A DNA stretch of 63,855 bases, filler included, from Nemertoderma westbladi (Eukaryota > Animalia > Xenacoelomorpha): assembly GCA_032718475.1 (NCBI GenBank). It is 3 parts of 3 records of this genome, joined end to end, with 100 filler letters (N's around TTAATTAATTAA, not from the genome) between each part and the next. Parts side by side here need not be neighbours in the genome. Positions count along the whole stretch, not along the records: positions 1 to 27,513 come from JAUCBJ010002130.1; 2 more parts are not named here. One strand, written 5' to 3'. The first letter of the stretch is position 1; every line of letters starts with the position of its first letter. Positions 12,194 to 24,420 of this stretch are shown here, piece by piece. The position numbers and the translations under genes are program-made. The notes below the pieces were generated by a model, which saw only the letters and a program-made list of their open reading frames with translations, did not search any database and was not told where the DNA came from.

Positions 12194-12220
12194 CACACAC
12201 ACACACACACACACACACAC
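12194..12220. repeat. (CA)n microsatellite at the Penelope 5' junction
   Basis: Perfect CA run directly abutting the 29-bp terminal repeat. Confidence 0.9.
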
Positions 12221-12243
12221 GTTATGTCAAGGACCGTGAACCA

Positions 12244-12750
12244 ATAGTACATTATGATAATGGTACCTAGGTTTCAAACTTCCAGTTATCATCAGCCGAA
12301 TGTGTGTCCTAATACCACTGAGCTACCAGGGCGTTAGAAGATTTATTCGCTTTGGAGTGGGCTATCATATTTAGGCCTTTTTCAGTCACTCATAGGAAAG
12401 TACAACGTTATTCCCATGCTCTGCCATAAATGGCAACCATGCTTCAAAGAATAACTATATTCAGTGTTGTAGAAACCACTGATACCCCGTATGCCGGCCA
12501 CGCTTGTTAATTAATTATAAATGAATTGTCCAAAGCGAATAAATCTTCTACCGCCCTGGTAGCTCAGTGGTCTTAGGACACACAATCGGCTGATGATAAC
12601 CGGAAGTTTGAAACCTAGGTACCGGGTTCGAGCCCCAATAGGGGCGGTTGATATTTTTCGCTATGGAGAGCATTATCATAATGTACTATAACATATTATA
12701 TTTAATTCGCCGTCACCCTCCCCACAACAATTCATTTATAATTAATAATT
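12244..12750. mobile_element. tRNA-like SINE containing a hammerhead motif; forward copy (about 12529-12750) plus inverted partial copy (12244-12356)
   Basis: A box TAGCTCAGTGG at 12560-12570 and B box GGTTCGAGCC at 12625-12634. 12263-12356 is the reverse complement of 12529-12623. Another fragment lies at about 61666-61715. Confidence 0.7.
12586..12625 (+). ncRNA. Minimal type I hammerhead ribozyme motif
   Basis: UCGG-CUGAUGA-U-AACC(GGAA)GUUU-GAAA-CCUAGG-UA-CCGG; palindromic stem III ACCUAGGU; one mismatch in stem II. Confidence 0.65.
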
Positions 12751-12844
12751 ATAATTCGTAAAATTATAATACAGTAGCTAACGGTATTAACAATCTGGGA
12801 AACGTTATACTGAATATCGAACACAAATCGGAGGGTTAAAAGTT

Positions 12845-13501
12845 ATGGATATCGAATTTGTGAAAATGTTATTTGTAGCTGTTTATATAGTTACAGAGGT
12901 AGTTATTGATGTGTCGGCTGTATCATGTATGAACCAACACAACATTGTTACCTATAAGACAGCTCGGCAGGAAGTGTTCCCAGATAGCGGCGGCTGGCAA
13001 GAAGAAAATCCAGGTTACAATGAAACGGATTGCTCAACATGCCGTCTGCATTATAATCAAATGCCAGGTAGATTCCCTATAAATAACGGAGACTTGAAAG
13101 GTTTGTTGTATACAAGGTCAGAACACTGCATGCTCAACGGCTGCAAGGATTACGATGAAGAGGAATGCCGAAAGATTAATAGAGACGAGTTCGAGACAGT
13201 TAGTTCAGAGTACAACATCGAGCTGAGACATCCGAGTTGCATGAAAATCTGCTGCAACGGAACAGAAGTCTGCAACAAAGTAGTAGACCTTGTGTGGGAA
13301 CACGACTATCTGTTACCCAATGGAACCGTGGATTGGAATGATCCCGTGTTTGATCCGGTAACAACCGAACCAGAAACAACCGAGAGAGAACCATCAACAA
13401 CCACTGAAATATTCACAACAACAGCTAGTTTGGCGAATCACCTCACTGGAGCTGTTGCATATATTCTGTTGGCAGTAACAATTACTATTGACTTCTACTG
13501 A
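12845..13501 (+). CDS. Single-exon secreted, probably GPI-anchored Cys-rich protein (Ly6/uPAR three-finger or quiver-like)
   Basis: Hydrophobic N-terminus, Cys-rich domain ending CCNGTEVCN, Thr/Glu-rich stalk and hydrophobic C-terminal tail; intact 218-aa ORF. Confidence 0.75.
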   Translation: MDIEFVKMLFVAVYIVTEVVIDVSAVSCMNQHNIVTYKTARQEVFPDSGGWQEENPGYNETDCSTCRLHYNQMPGRFPINNGDLKGLLYTRSEHCMLNGCKDYDEEECRKINRDEFETVSSEYNIELRHPSCMKICCNGTEVCNKVVDLVWEHDYLLPNGTVDWNDPVFDPVTTEPETTEREPSTTTEIFTTTASLANHLTGAVAYILLAVTITIDFY

Positions 13502-13704
13502 TATCCAATAACTTTAATAGTGTGGGTCGCCTTCTAAAATTGAATATCTTTAAATCCACACAGTTCGAAATTCTATTGTTATTCCCTCTGTAAATCTGAA
13601 AAATTGCTGAAACTATTCTGCGTTGTCTTACCACATGAAAACTGTTATGATATACTGTATATACGACCACACTGTAAAATAACTCAGTATGCTTGTTTCC
13701 TTAA

Positions 13705-15569
13705 CCCTATTAGTACCGGGCTATAAAATGTTGTACAATTACGTCTGACGAAAACGTCTGATTTTTTGTTTGTACGTAGATATCACTAGTCTGGATCCGA
13801 CCGAAAAAAAAATTTTCGAAAAAATGTACTGGGGTGGTTATATTGCAGCACCAAAATTACAAGTAGTGCACAATTTTCACAAAATTTGAAAGTTACATTT
13901 TTCGGCTAATTGTGTTTCAATACAGGTTTTCTGGGGCGCAAAATACATTGGAAAATATTTAAAAATGATATGATTACTATAAGTGGCAGTTTAGTCCTCT
14001 CTGCGTAGGAACAAAATGAAAAAAACAAGCAACCAGCACTTTTCAGTTAGAACACAAAATTTTTAATTCACTTTTACGATGCTATAAATTCACATTTTCA
14101 AGATTTCTAGGAAGCTGATTCTAATGGAATACATTTCTAATATGCCAGATCATTTTATAATAATCGTTGGGAAATCAAACTACCCATTAAATATACAAAC
14201 AATATAAATTGATTGGATGAATTGATTAGACTGTTATTCATTGTTATTTGGTAACATATTTAATGGATGTTTCTATTTGGAGAATACATACGAATAATCA
14301 ATAATCCCAACTAACTTTCTTTATTATTGAGGTAAGCAGAAGGGAACATTAGTAACAATTGCTTGGCTCAAATTACAGTGGTCTGTATGAATTTTATGCT
14401 ATTTCATAACCCCAACGTAAGCGAGCTAAATTTCTCCTTATACATGAGTAAAATTGGTAACAGTCGGCAAATTAGCGTGTATCAGTACATATTGTTAGTA
14501 AAGTGAGTGTGAGCGAATAGTTCTACATTCCTAAAGAATGTAAAACCGGGATGTCCCATAACCCTCAGTTGTAATTAGTATAAGTCATAACTTTGTCTGA
14601 TATTTAAAGCGCAGCACCTAAAAGGACTATAAGGAACTGTTGGTATTGCCATGAAAATAAGCATAGTTTTTGGAGATTATATAGTAGAGATCAATCGAAT
14701 GATACAAAGTAGGCTACCCCACTCTCGGCCATAGAATTTAGTCTCCCACACACAGTGGGTCACACGCCGCGCTAGACTGGCTTCTACTGTGGTCATATGT
14801 GTTTGTGTGTGGGCTGTCAGACAACATAAGACAATATGTAAATTAACAGGTTAAACTGTTAAAGGTCTAAAAGCGCGAACACTAGAGCTTCCGGTATTTC
14901 CATTGGTGGTACCGGCGATGCACGCGGTGTGACATCAGTAGAATCGCGAGTCCTCCTTCTGGGTTCATCTACTGTTGATCTGTCTGCATCACACGGGTTT
15001 CTCGTAGAGTGTTGTATGTCACTCAAGTCGGTAATTATATACGTCCAGTTTAGATAGTAATAATATTTAAATGTCAAAATGTCAAACTTACCTTGGTATA
15101 TATTTATATATACCCGAACCTGTACAAATAATATCTCTAATTATACTGTAGTATATAATAAAATAATAATTTAGCCTACCGGCTAAATCTGTACCAATAA
15201 GTAGGATAGTGGTATACGCTATCAAAATAGATCAACAATTACAAAAATAATAAGCCAAACACCAACGAATAGAGGAAAAATATCAAACAAATTCATAATA
15301 ATTTTGAGTAATACTGTGCTCTAATTTTAATCTACCCGAGTCGAAAAACTTACGCTCCTTTCCAGTCGAACAGATCCCCAGATAAAAACTGGACGAGAAC
15401 TGTTCCGTTCCAAGTGTTGCGGACGAATCCTTTATCTCCCAAACTTGCTGAAAAACGGCCTGATCTCCGAGGCGGTCCAGAAATGAGTCCTGAAAAAACG
15501 AAGGTGAGAGAGAGTTTTACGGGGACTACTCTACAAAAAAAATTCCTAGGTACCGATACTAATTGGTCT
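13705..15569. mobile_element. Possible degenerate piggyBac-like non-autonomous element
   Basis: Left end TTAA|CCCTATTAGTACCGG; an imperfect inverted match CCGATACTAATTGGTCT|TTAA ends at 15569. Confidence 0.3.
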
Positions 15570-17454
15570 TTAAACCCAAGTACCTTTTTTAGTACCAAAA
15601 AATAACACCGTTACACACACACGGCCCAAATACAAAATTAAATTACAGAATTAGCGTATAGCTAACCAAATACTGAATTCTACAATTCTACTATATTAAA
15701 ATTAAAACACAATGTACTTATTCTATTTTACAAATTCTACTGATATTAAATAATTTAATCTCACACGATTTACTGTAGAATGCCAACGCAGACAATGCCA
15801 ACGTACACAAACTCCTGCTGGCGAGATCGGTGCCTCATGTCTTCCACTAAACTTGGGTGAATCAATTGCCGCGGTGTGATTTATATGGGTATAATAACGA
15901 GCCAGTGAGTTGACCGAACACTAGCGTAAACGATACTGGCGACAGAAAAAACAGTCAAAGAAATAATATCAGTAGTAGAACATAAATCTTAAGACGCGTG
16001 TGTGTGTGCGTATGATATGGTGAAGCGCAATGTTGTACAATTTATATTACTAGGTGTTGGTGACTTTTAACAAAATATATCAAGTAATTGTTTACAATTA
16101 GCATTAATAAATAGCATTAATATTGAACATCGACTATATAAACAAGCAACACTGCAAAATAGAACAGCCAATAGGGCATAATAATACCTTCACCGGTAGT
16201 TACCAATGGGAGCCCAGCACTACCATAACTGCTGATAGGCAACATATAAACAAGGTTCACGGTGGTATACAACATGAGTTAGGCATAAATATCATACGCA
16301 CAGAAATTGAATGATTTTCTGATAAAAATATAAGATTTCACTATGCAGTTAGCGTATGCAGCAAAACCGTTCCCTAAAATCACGTACAAGTTCAACAATC
16401 GTTCTATGAGTAACACAATATTGAGATTTTTCTGAAATTTACATGAAATTCACGTATATACAATCTTTCAACGATCAAAGGTGACTTCGATATCAAATAC
16501 TCACTACATACAATTAAATGCGATAAACAATTAAACAAATTAATTAAGTACCGAGGAAAATTCTCAGAGGCACAGCATGGAGAACTGGTCCTTCACGTTG
16601 AGCATGTTCGCTGAAAACTCGATGCTGTGGGAGCAGCTCGGGATGTCCTTCCAGGAACTGGGAACCATAAAATGGAAAGTCACTAATAAACTTTATTATA
16701 TCATAGGACGTCGCGAGCTCCGGATGTATCTCGCGAAGGAAGCGTCGGACGAAACGGGTGTTGGTGCAGGAAGCTACACGGTTGAGGAGCTCGTAACTCG
16801 GTAGCCAAGCGCGCCGAACATCTGTTGTGCAGATGAAGGGGGCAACCGCGTATACTCCGAGGAGAGTTTTCGCTGTGGCGTATCGGGACGTGGTTATCGC
16901 GTTGGGATTACGAGCAGATATTTCTTGACATAATAATCTGTCATCATAAGATTGTATTGTATGGAACCTAAGGAAGGGAATGTATGTCGCATAAAACTCA
17001 TTCCTATACAACTGCAATATCAACACCCCAGGCATCTACAGTTTAGTAGCCTACTGACAGGCTTTATGAATCAATAATTCTTGTGGACTGTAATTCTTAA
17101 TTGCTTCCAGCATAAAGCTTATGTAAAAATTCATAAAAACTACAATATCTATGGACATGGTATTATAATCTTTGTACTGTAGCAGTAATATTGCGTTGTA
17201 TTAGGCAGCAACAGTAAGAGTTGTAGGGGGGTATGGAGGGTTACTTGCCCTTGGGCGCCTACCGAAATGCCAATATGGCATTTTGGAGTTTTCAAAAACC
17301 ACTCAAAAAGTTTGACTTTGAACGAACCTGTCTTATGGTGTTAGTTACATAGTTTAAAGAACACTAATTAATTCTACCTAAATACATTCTAAGTTCATAC
17401 ATAATTGGTTCGGACCACAGAGTCGTGATTGCAGAGATCAGACACACGCAGATG

Positions 17455-18500
17455 GACTTCCAGTACCTTGGGTCATGGATAGAGAGTACCAAAGAAAGAC
17501 ATAAGTTAGGATAGCAAAGGCATGGGTATTGATAGTTAAAATGTGTTGGCAAGCTGCATATTTCGAGGTGTTTGTTAACATTTATTATGTAGATCCCTTC
17601 CTATAATAAATGTATAATAACAAACACCTCGGAAAATGCAGCTTGCCAACACATTGTTACTATCAATAATCAAAAATCAGTGGCTAATAAAATGGCAGCT
17701 GGCTTTGAAATTAATACTCCATATCTCAAGAACCTGTGGCCTAGTGGTTGTAGTCTCGGCTTCTACCTCCAAGTCCTTCTACCTCCAGTAAGGTCGAAAC
17801 GCGTACGTGGTTTGGAGAGATATGAGATATTAATTTCAAGAATATTACGCGATTCCTAAATTTGTACACTACCCAGTTAAAAAGTATGCATGTGATGGGA
17901 TTAGTCCTACAATTGCGCCAATAAAAGATAAGTTATTTTCGGTAAAATAAACTTATCATTCGAGGTTAAGACCCCTAGATCCCTTCCTATAATAAAGGCA
18001 TGGGTAGCTCTATCGAAAATGGATACCAAAGCTGGAAATCAGACCTCTCCAGACACCTGTAGACTAAGTTCATTCGAGCCACAGTGGAAAGTTTATTTTT
18101 GTACGAGGGTGAGACCTGGAAACTGACTAAATCACTTGAACAACGAATTGATGGTTGCTACACAGGATTACTAAGGGCAGTCCTAAACATCAGATGGAGA
18201 CAACATATGACAAACGCCGAGCTTTATTGTACAATACCACCTGTTTCAACCACCGTCCGTGAACTCAGATTTTGATTCAGTGGGCACTGCTGGCGAAGTA
18301 AAGTCGAGGTCATACCAGATCTACTTTTCTGGTAACCAACTCATGGAAAGCGTAGTCATGGACGACCGGCTATAACATATATAAACCTACTTGAAAGGGA
18401 TACTGAACTTTAGAGAAACGAAATTGCGACAACTATGGAGAATTGGGAAGACTGGATGGATCTCATTTCCACTGTCTGAACTCGCTCGACCTAGCAGTAG
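17455..18500 (+). mobile_element. RTE-clade LINE (family A) 3' fragment, interrupted
   Basis: DFQYLGSW..VESLFLYEGETW..IDGCYTGLLRAVLNIRW; TAG-repeat tail. Confidence 0.85.
17529..17993. mobile_element. Short retroposed insertion with 13-bp TSD, inverted 5' segment and hammerhead remnant
   Basis: AAAGGCATGGGTA at 17516-17528 and 17994-18006; inverted repeat at about 17541-17654; TGGCCTAGTGG at 17737 and GGTCGAAACGCGTA at 17792-17805. Confidence 0.6.
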
Positions 18501-18769
18501 TTCATTCTCAGTTAGTCTAATAAAAAACATGAGAAGAAACCAATATAATGTACTTGGTACATATAATTGGTATATGCTCATGCTCATACGATCAGATTTC
18601 CTGAGAACTTAATAAGTTAACTAAGTCGTCAGCTAAGTCTAGACCCGTTAGTTATTTGGCTGGATTTCCTCCAATAAGTCATAGCCAATAAGTCGTATTA
18701 AAATCACCCCATCGTCATTATGATGATAGGATGATCGAAAGACATGTGTAGAATTTAGTCAACCACAAT

Positions 18770-20374
18770 TATGAAAAAGAAAGTTAAAATAGAAATCTTT
18801 CATAGCTTGGACTTTCTCTGGCTCACTAAGCTTTCTGTGGCTGTCCTGGTTCCAGCATCATTAAATTTACAGACATTCCATCCACTTCCAGGACCATCTC
18901 TTGAAGGATTTGGTCCTCATCCTCCTTCATGGGCCATCCTCCTCTTGGGGTGGTTAAGGGTTGTGTTGTTGTAGTCGATTGTAGTCGATCTTGACTTCTA
19001 GGATGTAGTTTGGTTTCTTAAAATAGCTCGCAATAATACACGGTTCTTCAATGACTTGTTATTTACCTGTTTCTTTCTAGATAAGATGAAAAGTACATAT
19101 AGCGCTGGTTCAACCCCCGGTGATGCGCTTTCTCATTTTTTCCATTTCTGAACAAAAGTATAATATTACAGTTGTTGAGATGCGAACGCTACTTTGTTTT
19201 CTGCTATTTCCCAGATAGCTTGCCTACTTTCTCTGACAGTCTGTGTTTTCCATTCTGCTAAGGCCTCATATCCTATGAAGTCCCTTATTTCCTCGTCTTG
19301 TTGTTTAGGATATCGAAATGCTCGGGGTATCTGAGTATCATATCCCTCATGAAATGAAAAGAAATGGCGCCCAGGACAAGACTCTTGGTTTGTAGATAAT
19401 ACGGCATTTTACTCATGTCGTACACCTTCCATAGGGACCTGAGTTCATCTTCCCAGACAGATGGTCGGCTGTCAGGGTATTTCTGCTTGTATTTCTGTAG
19501 GGCAGTAGCAGTTTTTCCCCAATGGTGCAGTTTCATATCCTCTCCACCCCAGTACGTAGGCCATCATTCCAGTTCCAACCTTGTAGTCATCTGGGTTGAC
19601 ATCATCGTCCTGGAGAGCCGCAAGGTCAATCATGTCCTTACTATAAATCCCGAGTTTGATTTTTTGTATGTCTACTATGGGGGTTATGGGGGAAACGAAA
19701 CCCTTGCTGAAATCTTGTAGAAGGTCCACACCAATCTCCGAACTGATTTCAATTCACAGTTTCCAGTAGGGATGTCCCCCGTATGATATCTCATTGATTA
19801 TTCGAAAAGTCGAAGATCAACATCCACCCCATTCCTGCAAGCTAATCTGTATGAGCGATGGTTGGACCTCTTCTTGTTCCTCTACCAGGCCTATAACACC
19901 TGACCTGGGAGCGAACTTTACCATACCAATATATTATTGCTGCATATTGGCCTGTGGGGGACCACCATATAGGTTGCACTATTCTGATAATATCCTTCTC
20001 TCTGTTGCATTCCTGTTCCTTTAGGATTCGTTTTTGACATTATCACTAGATGGTTTATCCAGATGGTTTTAATGTTGTAAATATCCGTCACATACCGGAG
20101 GACTTCATTGACTAGGGCCTGCCAGAAAGATTTCTCCTCTACTTCCTTGGTGATATAGGTGATACCCTTTTGTGCTCTGGAAAACCTACGGCCTTTAAAT
20201 CTTTAGGACGGAAATGACTGCTCCTATCCGCACTTATAATTCTCATTCTACTATTCTGCCCGCCAGGCAGCAGGAGTTTCGGGCTTTACTAGAGAGTTCG
20301 ATTTTAATTCCTTTATTATTTCATCTAGTTCGTTAACAATGTGTCGGGCCTCTCTTCTTAACTCAGGCCCACCA
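18770..20374 (-). pseudogene. Degenerate ORF downstream of a PBS-like site (possible gag)
   Basis: TGGTGGGCC at 20374-20366, followed by broken ORFs 19472-19729 and 19285-19536; no clear family motif. Confidence 0.3.
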
Positions 20375-20379
20375 TTTAA

Positions 20380-20828
20380 TATCGCATACACAGGGGTAAC
20401 CTAACCGTATATTTGGCCCCTCCTTTCATAACGAAATACCAAAATGCTTCACAGATAGAACCTCAAACTCCACTAATACCAGGAGTACTACAATGGAAAT
20501 GGGGCAACCACAGCACTTTGCGATAAAACGTAAAAAGGAGCCTTACCGGAATATCCATTCATTCATTTACAAAAGGCAGCAGCATGCGTCTATCATATCC
20601 AGATTATGTTGACTAAATCTATTCATTGGCTTTTGGCCTATTATAATATTAGGCAGCAGAAGTGGCATGATCCCCTGATTGCTGATTGGCTGAATTTTAA
20701 CATTAACATATCAGGTATCTTGCATTGATTCCTTTTCTAAGCTTCTCATTAGTTTCCAATTAAATTATACCTCCTGTGTGTGATGATATGTATGTGGATT
20801 TATTCTGAAGCAGTGGGGGGTTTTTGCA
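20380..20828 (-). repeat. Putative single LTR of the decayed BEL/Pao element
   Basis: Starts TG right after a PPT (CGGAGGGGA, 20837-20829) that follows the integrase end; ends just before a TGG PBS-like motif. Confidence 0.45.
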
Positions 20829-22640
20829 TCCCCTCCGATATCTTTTAATTTCCATTTATGCTCATATCCATTTATGCTCATGCTATCATTTACATTTCCA
20901 AATGTCAGAGTTTATAAACTACTCGACATAAGTTAGAATATCTTGACCATAGATGCACTGTATGAACAAACCATCTTCGCTTGTAACAACATCTTTAACT
21001 CGGCCCATTCTCCATTGGCTGCGTTTGGTATCTGGATCTATTATTAGTGCAATGTCCCCTATTTTAAAGTTCTTAACGGGACACAACCATTTCTGCCGGT
21101 TAATAGGAGTTTGATGGTATGTGATGCCCCATTGTTTCTTTGAATATAGGTATGCTTTGTCGTTGAACATCTTGGAGGGATAGCCTGGCTGACAGCGTCT
21201 CAATAACAAATGGTTGGAAGTTAACACATCACTTGAGTTGAGGTCATCGTTCTTCGGACAAAGGGATCTCGAGTTTATCAACAGTTTAACTTCCACGAAC
21301 ATAGTTCAGAATGTTACTTTGGCGATTACTTGATGATGTAGGTTTCTATCTGTTAATATACTCCGTAGAGTTTCTCGAGTTGTTCTGATCAGGTGTTCGG
21401 TTATCCCATTTTGGGGACTTCCTTTGGGTGCTGATCATTCCCAGGCTACTTCCATCCGGAATTCTGCCGGAATGCCCATGTCTTTCGCCCTGGTCACCAT
21501 GTCCTGTAGTTGATTCTGGACACCTGTGAAGTGAGTTCCTTGGTCCGAATACAATATTGAAAGATTTCCATATTGACAGATGAATCTTCTCAGCACTAGA
21601 ATCAGTGCATCGGCTGAATAATCCACCACTAAATCTAGCACTACAGCGCGACATATGTAACACGTAAATATCACTCTGTAGCGTTTGACTTCCACCCTGC
21701 CGCGCATTAGAGTTATATGGGTCTGAACAAATCCACTCCACAGTAGGTGAATGGTGGGTTGTACATTAGCATTCTGTTCCATGGTAGTGGGACCATTAAC
21801 TGTGAACCCCCTTTTCCCCATTTCCTCTGGCATTTAACGCAGGTATGTATTACACGCCTTACTTTGGATCTAAGTTTGAATACCCAGAAGCATTGTCGCA
21901 CCTTGTGTATATGGTGCAGTCGAAACCCTGGTGGACTATATCTTGGAGTGCCCCTCTGATTATCGCTGTTGTGATCAGCTACTCATCAGGCAACAATATA
22001 AAGAACTTCTCATTGAAGTCCAACTCCATATATAGGAACCTTGTGTTACATCTAATGACCCCAAGGGGGTCCGAAACAAACATAACTTCCTTAATGGATT
22101 GCTTCTAACCAGTTTTATGTTCCTTTCTAAATCATCTATAGTTGAAGGAAATTGCTTGGCTTCATTATGTTTCATTATGATTGTAAACGCCATTTCTTTA
22201 CAGTCTGCTCTAATCAGTTGGAATCTTATTGGTCTTCTTATTCTTATTGGTCTATTAATCTTATTTTATTGGAAAGTTATTATTTTTGCGTTGGGCATTG
22301 TAAAGTATCTTATACCGTAGGATCATTAGGCTTGCAAGCCTGTACACATTGATATTGAAGGAACCATTCCCGGTTAGAACTTTGTCTATAGGATGTTCAC
22401 TATCTGTCACTGTTCCAAGCATTACTGTATATGCCATGTCTTCCTTTTCTTTGTCAGCTTTATAGTCGTCCACCTCTTCTGGTTTCTTCCTCCTATGGAG
22501 GCCGCTGACAATTTCTGAAGGACACTCTTTATCAGTAAGTTTAAGGAAGTCTGATCCTTAGAACCAAAAATCGTGGAACCTTGTCATAAACTCTTCCAGG
22601 AACAATCCACGGCTCACACAGTCCGCTGGGTTCAGTTCTG

Positions 22641-24420
22641 TTGAACGTATCTCCATTCTCTTATCTCAGTGAACCTTCTTACTTTTCTTACTTCAGGGAT
22701 CCCATTGAGAGACTGCTCTGTGGAAATCAGAATGGGTTCCGTAAAGGTCGTGGGACCATAGAGCCCATTTTGGCACTTAGACTACTACTACTATGTCGAG
22801 CGAACTCGGACAGTGGAAATGAGATCCTTCCAGGCTTCCCGATTCTCCATAGTTGTCGCAATTTCGTTTCTCCCAAGTTCAGTATCCCTTTCAAGTTGAT
22901 CTATATATGTTATGGCCAGTCGTCCACGACTACCCTTTCCATGAGTTGGTTGCCAGAGAAGTAGATATGGTATGACCTCATCTTTACTTCGCCAGCAGTG
23001 CCTACTGAATCTTAATCTGCGTTCACGGAGGGTGGTTGATACAGGTGGTATTGTACCATAAAGCTCGGCGTTTGTCATGTGTTGTCTCCAGCTGATGTTT
23101 AGGTCTGCCCTTAGTAGACTTGTGTAGCAACCATCAATTCGTTGTTCAAGTGATTTAGTCAGTGTCAAGGTCTCACCCCCGTATAAAAATACACTTTCAA
23201 CTGTTGGCACTTAGAAGGATAATTGAAGAGTTATCAAAAAGAAAGACAGCAGGCATCTGGCTGTTTTCTTTGTTAACTTCTTTAAGGCCTTTGATTCAGT
23301 CTCTCGCTCACATATAGTCAGCATACTTTCATTATATGGGATTCCTGATGAAATTATTGCAGCAATAAGATCAGTATACGATGGTTCGACAACATTTGTG
23401 TATCTGTTGATGGTGACACAGATCCATTTGAAGTGTTATGGGGCGTCCTCCGGGGAGACACACTTGCACCATTCTTGTTCATAATTGTGGTTGACTATGT
23501 TCTACGCATATCCTTAGATTATCATAGTGATGATGGGGTGATGATAACTCCACATACTGGCTCCAGAAGTCGAGGAAATCCTGCCAAGTACCTAACTGAT
23601 CTAGACTTTTCTGATGACTTAGGAGTACACTCAGAATCACTAGAGGGAGCCCAACGGCTCCTCAGCTCATTAGAACATACTGCTTCTAGTGTTGGTCTTT
23701 TTATTAACTCCAGAAAGACCAAAATTTTTACAGTTAACTTTGAAAGTCCTCAGCAAGTCTCGGATAGGATGAGCATAAGCTCAAAGGATGGTATGCTTGA
23801 GCATGTGGACGACGTCTGTTACCTGAGATGATGGATCCGGAAGTCAGGTGAGACCTTCGAATATGTAAGGGAAAGGCATGGGCAGCCTTGAATAGGCTTT
23901 CCAGGATTTGGAAGTCACCGATAATTAATCGGAAACTTAAGGTCCGATTATTTAGAGCAGCAGTAGTTCCAGTTCTCCTCTATGGGAGTCCATGCTGGGC
24001 TCAAACTGCTGAGGACACCAAATCTCTGGATGGCACATTCACACGAATGCTACGCCGGGTTCATTGTGTCAAGCACAATGCACACATCTCCAACCAGACA
24101 CTATATAACATTGGAGGTGTCTCATTGGTTCACCCAAGCTTGACACTGGAACAAAATCGCCTCCGCTTTGCAGGACATTGCTTTCACCGTGAGGACCAGC
24201 CAATGCATAATCTTGTACTTTGGCAGCCTCATGGAGTGAATAAGCATGGTGGAGAGCCCATGACTTTCTTGAGACGCATTTTAAAGGATACTGACTTGAA
24301 GATGCGGATGATCTAGCAAATTTGATGGGTGATAGGGAGTTGTGGCAGTGCAATTTTGTAGACAAGCCGGCACAGCATTCTTAAAAATGCAGCTGCAATG
24401 CAGCATGCCGATCCTAGTAG
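22641..24420 (+). mobile_element. RTE-clade LINE (family B), 5'-truncated
   Basis: NQNGFRKGRGT..ALRRII, GVLRGDTLAPFLFIIVVDY, DLDFSDD, RLRFAGHC; ends CCGATCCTAGTAG. Confidence 0.9.
22782..23203 (-). mobile_element. RTE family A 3' fragment inserted in RTE family B
   Basis: 12-bp TSD TTGGCACTTAGA at 22770-22781 and 23204-23215; (TAG)n tail. Confidence 0.9.

Larger units (their letters stand above)
1460..12195 (-). mobile_element. Near full-length Penelope-like element (RT + C-terminal GIY-YIG), frameshifted and interrupted by an LTR element
   Basis: N-terminal HNKFLLTC..GFIPK, KADKS, DIVNLYTNIP, GMGMGN, WFRFLDD and LPFLDV motifs, then GIY-YIG. The frame is continuous across the AAAGG TSD (IIANSP|FHNNVRL). 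A 29-bp terminal direct repeat lies at 1460-1488 and 12167-12195. Confidence 0.9.
16934..18574 (+). repeat. Composite repeat copy 1 (about 520-bp unique part + RTE 3' fragment + 70-bp tail)
   Basis: Aligns end to end with 25944-27181, including the same RTE truncation point. Confidence 0.85.

Noticed and set aside
12553-12645. Functional tRNA gene
   Set aside because: A and B boxes are present, but there is no anticodon arm and the acceptor stem is poor; it is a repeat-family member.
14859-17035. ORFs at 14859-15077, 15350-15598 and 16544-17035 as a host gene
   Set aside because: Some splice-like signals, but no recognisable domain or consistent frame.
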